IMG/VR virus record: IMGVR_UViG_3300030389_002358
Location: 1-63,852 of that record
Reading direction: 5' to 3' (one strand)
Source: a virus
Lineage: Duplodnaviria; Caudoviricetes
DNA: 63,852 nt
In this document: positions 57,720 through 63,852 of the stretch, piece by piece
Numbering within the stretch: the first letter of the stretch is position 1
Layout of the letters: every line of letters begins with the position of its first letter
Translations under genes and position numbers: made by a program
The notes under the pieces: model-generated
The model's input: only the letters and a program-made list of their open reading frames with translations
Told to the model about the DNA's origin: nothing
Database searches by the model: none

Positions 57720-57841
57720 CTAGAAGAAAATATGCTGAGCGTCAAGTTGATAAGTGGGTTAAATGGAGCTGGGATATGAGAGGTAAAGTATTATGGAGAG
57801 AGTTAGTACAAAAATTAAAACAGTATAACTTAGATGGCTAG
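57671..57841 (+). CDS. Small hypothetical protein (56 aa)
   Basis: MRRSNN...LARRKYAERQVDKWVKWSW; bridges the gap to the next ORF. Confidence 0.5.
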   Translation: MRRSNNINKTKEEKQLARRKYAERQVDKWVKWSWDMRGKVLWRELVQKLKQYNLDG

Positions 57842-57974
57842 AAGATTAAACTTACAAACATACAGGTTGAAGCCTAAAAAGAAAAGACCTGGGGTCCATA
57901 GTAAAAATAGAAACACAAAACAAAAACACGGTAAGTATTATGCTGGACCAAAGTACCGTGGACAAGGGAGATAA
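57834..57974 (+). CDS. Small basic protein ending YRGQGR (46 aa)
   Basis: MARRLNLQTYRLKPKKKRPGVHSKNRNTKQKHGKYYAGPKYRGQGR. Confidence 0.7.
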   Translation: MARRLNLQTYRLKPKKKRPGVHSKNRNTKQKHGKYYAGPKYRGQGR

Positions 57975-57975
57975 C

Positions 57976-58125
57976 ATGGAATTAAAAAGATGGGAATTAA
58001 GCTTTGGTATATTTACAGGGCTTTTATTTGGATATAGATCATATCCTGATCAAGAAAATAATAAAATAGATCACGTATTTTATATATTTTTATTTGATAT
58101 TTGTTTAACATTAGAATACAATTAA
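57976..58125 (+). CDS. Small hydrophobic protein (49 aa)
   Basis: MELKRWELSFGIFTGLLFGYRSY...; start refined from 57940. Confidence 0.6.
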   Translation: MELKRWELSFGIFTGLLFGYRSYPDQENNKIDHVFYIFLFDICLTLEYN

Positions 58126-58126
58126 T

Positions 58127-59095
58127 ATGGGATTATTTGACAAGCGTATAGCATATAAACCTTTTGAGTACCCTGAGTATTATAACGAGGGTTGGTTGAA
58201 ACAAGCTCAAGCATTTTGGTTACACACTGAAATACCTATGTCAGGTGATGTAAAAGACTGGAACGAAAAATTAACTAACGCAGAAAAAAATTTAGTTGGT
58301 AATATACTGCTAGGTTTTGCGCAAACTGAATGCGCTGTATCAGACTATTGGACACAAAAAGTAGTATCATGGTTTCCTAAACATGAGATACAACAAATGG
58401 CAATGATGTTTGGTAGTCAAGAAACAATACACGCTGTAGCGTATAGCTATTTAAACGAAACATTAGGCCTTGAAAACTTTGAAGCGTTTTTACACGAACC
58501 TGCAACAGCAGAACGTTTTGATAATTTAGTTTCATATGATGGTACAGATCCTATAGAAATAGGTAGATCACTTGCTATATTTTCTGCGTTTGCAGAAGGT
58601 GTTAGTTTATATTCTGCTTTTGCTGTATTGTATAGTTTTCAAATGAGAAACTTATTAAAAGGTATAGGCCAACAAATGAAATGGTCTGTTAGAGATGAAA
58701 GTCTACACTCACGTATGGGTTGTAGATTATTTAGACATATGTGTGAAGAAAAAGACTTTTTAAAAGAGTCATGTAAACCACATATTGTAGAAGCAGCACA
58801 CGTGATGCATGATGCTGAAATGAAATACATAGATAAGATGTTTGAAGCTGGAGACATTGAAGGCTTAAAATCTTATGACTTAAAACAATTTATAAAGAAA
58901 AGATTAAATGAAAAACTGGTGGAGCTTGGGTACGAAGAGCTCTCGAAAGAATTTAAATACGACAAAGGAGCCGCAAAAGAGCTTAGTTGGTTTTATCATC
59001 TTACTGGTGGTCATACCCATACTGACTTTTTTGCTATTAGGCCTACAGACTATAGCAAAGCAAATGAAGGAGAAGACTTCGAAAATATCTGGTAA
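58127..59095 (+). CDS. nrdB: Ribonucleotide reductase class I beta subunit
   Basis: FWLHTEIP, ETIHAVAYS, EGVSLYSAF and RDESLHS di-metal/tyrosyl motifs. Confidence 0.95.
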   Translation: MGLFDKRIAYKPFEYPEYYNEGWLKQAQAFWLHTEIPMSGDVKDWNEKLTNAEKNLVGNILLGFAQTECAVSDYWTQKVVSWFPKHEIQQMAMMFGSQETIHAVAYSYLNETLGLENFEAFLHEPATAERFDNLVSYDGTDPIEIGRSLAIFSAFAEGVSLYSAFAVLYSFQMRNLLKGIGQQMKWSVRDESLHSRMGCRLFRHMCEEKDFLKESCKPHIVEAAHVMHDAEMKYIDKMFEAGDIEGLKSYDLKQFIKKRLNEKLVELGYEELSKEFKYDKGAAKELSWFYHLTGGHTHTDFFAIRPTDYSKANEGEDFENIW

Positions 59096-59100
59096 ATAAT

Positions 59101-60822
59101 ATGTGGAGTAATAGATGGAAAAAAGGCGTTGATTACCCAGAGTGGGCAGACGCTGAAGTGTATAAAAAAACTATAACTGGTGGTTATCTATATAACGGAG
59201 AAACACCTCGTGAAGCGTATGAACGTGTGGCAACAACAGTTGCAAGGCGTTTAAGGAAGCCAGAAATGGCTGATACATTTTTTGATTATATTTGGAAAGG
59301 TTGGTTGTGTTTAGCATCACCTGTATTGTCAAACACTGGCACAGAAAGAGGTTTGCCCATATCTTGTTTTGGCATTGATGTTGCTGATAGTATATTAGAT
59401 ATAGGTACCAAAAACCTAGAGATGATGTTACTAGCTAAACATGGTGGTGGTGTTGGTATTGGTATAAATCAAATAAGGCCAGCGGGCGCTGAGATTACAA
59501 TGAACGGTACGTCAGATGGCGTTGTACCTTTTTGTAAGATATATGACTCAACTATACTAGCTACTAATCAAGGGGCTGTAAGAAGAGGCGCTGCATCAGT
59601 TAATTTAAATATAGATCACAAAGACTGGGAAGACTGGTTAGAAATAAGGGAACCTAAAGGTGACGTTAATAGACAATCATTAAACCTACATCAATGTACT
59701 ATAATAGGTGATAAGTTTATGCGTAAACTTAGAGACGGTGATAAAGTTGCAAGGCGTAAATGGGGTAAATTACTTCAGAAACGTAAAGCAACTGGTGAGC
59801 CTTATATAATGTTTAAAGGTAATGTTAACAAACAAAACCCTAGCATGTATAAGGATAATGCTTTGAAAGTGTTTATGACAAACATATGTTCAGAGATAGT
59901 ATTACATACAGATGAAAACCATAGTTTTGTTTGTTGTTTATCTAGTTTAAATCTAGCTAAATATCACGAGTGGAAAGACTCAAACTTAATATATGATAGT
60001 GTATGGTTTTTAGATGGAGTATTAGAGGAATTTATACAAAAAGCAAAAAATAGGAGAGGATTTGAAAACGCTGTAAGGTTTGCAGAAAAAGGTAGAGCAC
60101 TTGGTTTAGGTGTTTTAGGTTGGCATACTTATTTACAACAAAAAGGTTTTCCTTTTGAAGGCTTATTAGCACAATATGAAACAAGAAGAATATTTAGTCA
60201 AATTAAAATTGAAAGCGAAAGAGCTAGCATGGCACTTGCAGAAGCGTTTGGTGAACCGTTATGGTGCGTGGGCACCGGATTTCGTAATAGCCATCTTCGT
60301 GCTATTGCACCTACCGTTTCTAATTCAAAGCTTGCTGGTAATATTAGTCCAGGAATCGAGCCTTGGGCGGCTAATGTATTTACGGACCAAAGCGCGAAAG
60401 GTACGTTCATACGCAAAAATCCTACTCTTGTTAAAGAACTGGAGAAACATAATTTAAATACTAAAAAAATATGGGATCAAATTTTGCAGGACGGTGGTTC
60501 AATACAAGGTGTAAAACAATTAGACAACGTTACATGCGGAGAGCACGATACACCTATAAAAGACGTATACAAAACATTTAAGGAAATAAATCAACTAGAA
60601 TTAGTTAATCAAGCTGGTATAAGACAACAGTATATAGATCAGTCTGTTAGTTTAAATTTAGCTTTTCCTTCACAAGCAGATCCTAAATGGATAAATAAAG
60701 TACATTTAGAGGCTTGGAAAAAAGGTATTAAGACTTTGTATTATATGCGTACCGAGTCGGTACTTAGAGGAGATATAGCTGAAACAGCTATGAGTGAAGA
60801 TTGTTTAAGTTGTGATGGATAA
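59101..60822 (+). CDS. nrdA: Ribonucleotide reductase class I alpha subunit (no ATP cone)
   Basis: SPVLSN, ISCF, GGGVG, TNICSEI, CCLSSLN, IAPTVS, IDQSVSLN, KTLYY and C-terminal CLSCDG. Confidence 0.95.
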   Translation: MWSNRWKKGVDYPEWADAEVYKKTITGGYLYNGETPREAYERVATTVARRLRKPEMADTFFDYIWKGWLCLASPVLSNTGTERGLPISCFGIDVADSILDIGTKNLEMMLLAKHGGGVGIGINQIRPAGAEITMNGTSDGVVPFCKIYDSTILATNQGAVRRGAASVNLNIDHKDWEDWLEIREPKGDVNRQSLNLHQCTIIGDKFMRKLRDGDKVARRKWGKLLQKRKATGEPYIMFKGNVNKQNPSMYKDNALKVFMTNICSEIVLHTDENHSFVCCLSSLNLAKYHEWKDSNLIYDSVWFLDGVLEEFIQKAKNRRGFENAVRFAEKGRALGLGVLGWHTYLQQKGFPFEGLLAQYETRRIFSQIKIESERASMALAEAFGEPLWCVGTGFRNSHLRAIAPTVSNSKLAGNISPGIEPWAANVFTDQSAKGTFIRKNPTLVKELEKHNLNTKKIWDQILQDGGSIQGVKQLDNVTCGEHDTPIKDVYKTFKEINQLELVNQAGIRQQYIDQSVSLNLAFPSQADPKWINKVHLEAWKKGIKTLYYMRTESVLRGDIAETAMSEDCLSCDG

Positions 60823-60846
60823 AAATAGGGGCGTAAGCCCCTTTTT
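60821..60846. terminator. Bidirectional intrinsic terminator
   Basis: AAAAAT-AGGGGC-GTAA-GCCCCT-TTT between convergent operons. Confidence 0.85.
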
Positions 60847-60849
60847 ATA

Positions 60850-61167
60850 TTATTCGTTTTTCCAAATAATATAATTACTGTTACGCCAAAATTCATTTGT
60901 ATTTCTAGCATCAATAATAACAGATGGTTTATCTATAAAAAAACCACTGTCTTCTACTGCTTTTTGTAAAGCATAAAAATCTACGTAATGATCTTTTTTA
61001 AAATTTATTTCAAATGTTGTTTTTTCAATATCAGCATTTACACTTTCTACGAAGTATACTTTTTCAACAGACTTTTGAATACTGAAAGAGCACATACTGC
61101 AAGTTAATCCTATAACTTTTAATGTTATGCTATTTAAAGCTAAAGCTAGTATAAATAATTTAATCAT
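60850..61167 (-). CDS. Heavy-metal-associated (HMA, CopZ/MerP-like) domain protein
   Basis: LKVIGLTCSMCSFSIQKSV...AVEDSGF; short hydrophobic N-terminus. Confidence 0.8.
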   Translation of the reverse strand: MIKLFILALALNSITLKVIGLTCSMCSFSIQKSVEKVYFVESVNADIEKTTFEINFKKDHYVDFYALQKAVEDSGFFIDKPSVIIDARNTNEFWRNSNYIIWKNE

Positions 61168-61172
61168 AGTTT

Positions 61173-61427
61173 TTATTTAGCGCCACAAGGTTTACCATTA
61201 GCTATATTAACCCATCTTTCTTTTTGAAACCAATCACGTAGCGTTGCACCTTTTTTACGAGCGCCTTTTACATTTGATTTACTAGATCTTTTATATTTTC
61301 CTTGAGCAGCAGCCGTGCGCTTAGCACGTATAACTTTTTGCCTTTCAGCCTTGCTCATGCTTTTATATTTAGCGTATGGTAAGCACACTTTTTTTGTGCC
61401 ACCACCTTTTATTTTACTTTTTGGCAT
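61173..61427 (-). CDS. Small basic protein
   Basis: Start refined to MPKSK; CLP...MSKAER...KR and LRDWFQKERWVNI...CG. Confidence 0.65.
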   Translation of the reverse strand: MPKSKIKGGGTKKVCLPYAKYKSMSKAERQKVIRAKRTAAAQGKYKRSSKSNVKGARKKGATLRDWFQKERWVNIANGKPCGAK

Positions 61428-61566
61428 GAACTTTTTGCATTTTAAAGTTAAACGATAAACTAGCTCCTTTGTGTGGCTTGTAACCACCTTTAGGGTTTTT
61501 CATTAATTTAGGTGCACCAGATCTTTGCTTCATCCAGTGATAACCTTTTGGTGCTTTTACTTTCAT
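61414..61566 (-). CDS. Small basic protein (50 aa)
   Basis: MKVKAPKGYHWMKQRSGAPKLMKNPKGGYKPHKGAS... Confidence 0.65.
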   Translation of the reverse strand: MKVKAPKGYHWMKQRSGAPKLMKNPKGGYKPHKGASLSFNFKMQKVHAKK

Positions 61567-61572
61567 GTTGTT

Positions 61573-61932
61573 TTATTTTTTAGTTTTGTGTATAGCTTCT
61601 TTTTCCCATGGTAAATCTCTTCTTTTTGTGTCTATTTTACTTGTAGGTATTGTTATAGTTTCTGAGTTTCTACCAGGTTTCCATTTATATCTTAGGCTAT
61701 TAAAATCTAATCTACCTTCTTCCATTTGTTTTTTATGTACTTTCTCGTGCCTTATAGTATCAGACATTTGTTTTGGTGTTATATTTTTATTTACGTGTAT
61801 TATTTTAGATTCGTTTATATAACCAAAGTGTCTATTACTAGGCATATCAACCAGCTTTATAACGTTGTCTAACTTATTAGAAGTTGGATGTAGATTTAAC
61901 AAACGGTTAAATGATTTTAATTTAAAAGCCAT
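61573..61932 (-). CDS. Small zincin-like metallopeptidase
   Basis: IRHEKVH (HExxH) with downstream LPWEKEA. Confidence 0.65.
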   Translation of the reverse strand: MAFKLKSFNRLLNLHPTSNKLDNVIKLVDMPSNRHFGYINESKIIHVNKNITPKQMSDTIRHEKVHKKQMEEGRLDFNSLRYKWKPGRNSETITIPTSKIDTKRRDLPWEKEAIHKTKK

Positions 61933-62039
61933 TATTTCCTTCTTATTCTACCTCGTACTCTACGTCTACCTGAAACACAGTGACTTAAAGGTAGTAAAAT
62001 ACTTAGTATATTTTTATTTTTTTTTGTTTTTTTAATCAT
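61932..62039 (-). CDS. Small basic peptide (35 aa)
   Basis: MIKKTKKNKNILSILLPLSHCVSGRRRVRGRIRRK; coupled at both ends. Confidence 0.5.
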   Translation of the reverse strand: MIKKTKKNKNILSILLPLSHCVSGRRRVRGRIRRK

Positions 62040-62281
62040 TACTTTTTCTTTAATCTTTTTACTGCTTTATTTCTAGCACACTTCATTTTAGCAGCGTAGC
62101 TAGGGTTACGCTTTCTGTTAAATACTATTTGTTGATTTAAACTACCAACAATTTTTCTTACGTTTCCTTTTCTTGACTTTATCATCCAGCTAGCTAAAGC
62201 AGAACAAGATAAACTTTTCATCTTACCTTTAGCATCTGGAGCGTCAGAGTCTTTCCATGTAGGTCTTTTATGTTTTGCCAT
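62039..62281 (-). CDS. Small basic protein
   Basis: 80 aa, Lys/Arg-rich. Confidence 0.7.
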   Translation of the reverse strand: MAKHKRPTWKDSDAPDAKGKMKSLSCSALASWMIKSRKGNVRKIVGSLNQQIVFNRKRNPSYAAKMKCARNKAVKRLKKK

Positions 62282-62549
62282 GTTTTCTTTTTAATGCTAG
62301 TTTACATCTTTTAGCTATACGAGCTTGTTCTCTTTTGCCCGCAACTTTAGATCTTTGTTCAACAACAGTTAGTATCTGTATTTTTCTAGCATATGGTTTA
62401 CTTATACGTTTTACTTTTGCACACGTAGCTCTTGCGTCAGCTGGTGTTGCGAACTTTATACTAACAGTATCTTTAGGGTTTTCATCTGTATATAATCTTC
62501 TACCACTACCCTTAGGTTTTTTACCCGTGCCTTTTACTGGATCTGGCAT
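62268..62549 (-). CDS. Small basic protein
   Basis: GTGKKPKGSGRRLYTDENPKDTV. Confidence 0.7.
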   Translation of the reverse strand: MPDPVKGTGKKPKGSGRRLYTDENPKDTVSIKFATPADARATCAKVKRISKPYARKIQILTVVEQRSKVAGKREQARIAKRCKLALKRKHGKT

Positions 62550-62686
62550 TACTTTTTAGATTTACCCATTTTACCTGGACCACCAGCTTTAGTACATCTT
62601 ACGCCCCAACCAGAAGCATAAGCGCTAGGCCATACCTTAAATTTTCTTTTTGCTGCAGCTTTACAAGCTGGACTAATTTTTCCCAT
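62549..62686 (-). CDS. Small basic protein with PSAYA motif (45 aa)
   Basis: MGKISPACKAAAKRKFKVWPSAYASGWGVRC...; coupled at both ends. Confidence 0.65.
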   Translation of the reverse strand: MGKISPACKAAAKRKFKVWPSAYASGWGVRCTKAGGPGKMGKSKK

Positions 62687-62901
62687 TACTTTTTAATTTT
62701 CTCAAATGAACTTATACCAAAGCAGCCTAATGTAACCCATACAAATGAGTTATAAACTACTTCGTTTATTATTAAATCTTTGTCTGCTATAAGACTTGTC
62801 ATTAAGTCAGCTATAGCAAAACAAACCATTACTACAAATGAAATAAAACCAACTAGGTTTTTTTCATTAATATCGTTTTTATCCTTAAACAATGCCCACA
62901 T
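62686..62901 (-). CDS. 2-TM membrane protein (holin-like)
   Basis: Two hydrophobic helices and C-terminal GISSFEKIKK; start refined to MWALFK. Confidence 0.6.
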   Translation of the reverse strand: MWALFKDKNDINEKNLVGFISFVVMVCFAIADLMTSLIADKDLIINEVVYNSFVWVTLGCFGISSFEKIKK

Positions 62902-62972
62902 ATTACCAATCATTTTTAAACGCATCGTATAAAAAATAAAATATACAAAACGCTACTATTAAAACTATTATA

Positions 62973-63143
62973 CTAACCATTTTTTCTGTAGGGAAATAAA
63001 GCATTCATTGCTTTACGTCTACCCTCACAGCCACAAGGTATGTTCAAACCTTCAGAAACTCTTTCTACCATGTTTTTTATACCTGTCTTTGTTGTAAAAT
63101 TTTCTATCGAGTCGCCTAAACCCTTTGGATTTTTTCTTATCAT
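62973..63143 (-). CDS. Small protein with KGLGD...CGC motif (56 aa)
   Basis: MIRKNPKGLGDSIENFTTKTGIK...PCGCEGRRKAMNALFPY. Confidence 0.65.
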   Translation of the reverse strand: MIRKNPKGLGDSIENFTTKTGIKNMVERVSEGLNIPCGCEGRRKAMNALFPYRKNG

Positions 63144-63148
63144 AATAT

Positions 63149-63445
63149 TTAATATTTACCTCTTACACCTTTAGGACTTGATTTTTTACTACCACCGCTA
63201 CCTGCCCATAAGTTTTTACAAGCCCAGTATCTAGCTGTTAATTTATCTTTAGCTTGACTACATTTATGTCTAGCTCTAAAACTTTTTCTTGCCGCTGCAG
63301 AATAATTATGACCATAGCCCTTCGCGCCAAAATGTATTAATCTTTTTTTACCACCCGCACAAGCAAGTACCATACGTTTTTTACCAGCCTTTGTTGAGCT
63401 ACGTACTTGGTTGCATTTCATTTTTGATGTATCTACTCTTGCCAT
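63149..63445 (-). CDS. Small basic protein
   Basis: LIHFG...RKSFRARHKC...TARYWAC; start refined to MARVDT. Confidence 0.7.
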   Translation of the reverse strand: MARVDTSKMKCNQVRSSTKAGKKRMVLACAGGKKRLIHFGAKGYGHNYSAAARKSFRARHKCSQAKDKLTARYWACKNLWAGSGGSKKSSPKGVRGKY

Positions 63446-63446
63446 G

Positions 63447-63852
63447 TTAATTAACTTTTTTACCACCAGATCTAGCTGGATTACTTGCTACAGGAGCACC
63501 ACTACCACCTGTTGTATTACCACCATAACTTTGCGTTCCTGATGAACTACCTACACTTATTGGAGCACTATTATTAACGTTTGGATACGGTGTTATTTGT
63601 CCATACGTTCCGTTAGCTCTACCATGGTATCTCCACCTATCATTATAATATCTGTAGTCATAATGATGATCATAACCTGGCACGTAAAACCTATTATCTT
63701 GCCACCTAACAAAATCATAACCAACTACGTTATACATGCGTTGTGGTTGTATATCTTGTATTCTTATTTTAACAGTGTCACCCATTTCAGTTAATGCTAG
63801 AACGTGAGTAACCATAACCTGGTTACCTCTGTATAAAAGGTCTGAACAGCTT
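63447..63852 (-). CDS. C-terminal part of the junction-spanning lipoprotein
   Basis: In frame with 1-242 across the circular join; Tyr-rich, then Gly/Ser-rich tail. Confidence 0.75.
   Translation of the reverse strand, partial: SCSDLLYRGNQVMVTHVLALTEMGDTVKIRIQDIQPQRMYNVVGYDFVRWQDNRFYVPGYDHHYDYRYYNDRWRYHGRANGTYGQITPYPNVNNSAPISVGSSSGTQSYGGNTTGGSGAPVASNPARSGGKKVN
63691..63852. repeat. Terminal overlap, copy 2
   Basis: Matches 1-162 except at 63768, 63774 and 63822. Confidence 0.95.

Noticed and set aside
1-63852. Alternative genetic code or prophage state
   Set aside because: Genes tile densely under the standard code, and no integrase, att-linked host genes or repressor cassette were seen.

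Overview
The window is an apparently complete, circularly assembled lytic dsDNA tailed-phage genome of about 63,690 bp; positions 1-162 repeat at 63691-63852. It is AT-rich, and its A/T-rich leaders without Shine-Dalgarno motifs point to a Bacteroidota (Flavobacteriia-like) host, which is an inference. The minus strand (1-43.9 kb and 60.8-63.8 kb) carries the lysis genes, three probable internal/ejected virion proteins, podovirus-type tail nozzle and ring proteins, capsid, scaffold, portal, terminase, a 3918-aa modular tail fibre with an S74 chaperone, GroEL/GroES and a cluster of small basic proteins. The plus strand (44.4-60.8 kb) carries small early genes, DNA ligase, an HTH protein, a sigma-70 factor, ERF/exonuclease/SSB, primase-helicase, a thymidylate-synthase-family enzyme, MazG-like proteins, a resolvase and class I RNR. 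I saw no DNA polymerase, RNA polymerase, integrase or canonical tRNA. The most striking candidate system is a 2413-aa probable ejected virion protein containing a zincin HExxH motif, a sigma-70-like region and a complete HAD phosphatase, together with six copies of a fixed-spacing 32-bp motif in the early region. This suggests a virion-delivered sigma factor that starts a two-sigma transcription cascade. Other leads are a TS homologue with the dCMP-specificity Asp (possible modified cytosine without a phage polymerase), two tRNA-like elements and a structured RNA, a two-copy 45-bp operator/origin element, and palindromic DNA-level junction sites between tail-fibre modules. All protein calls come from motif recognition by eye, not from database searches.
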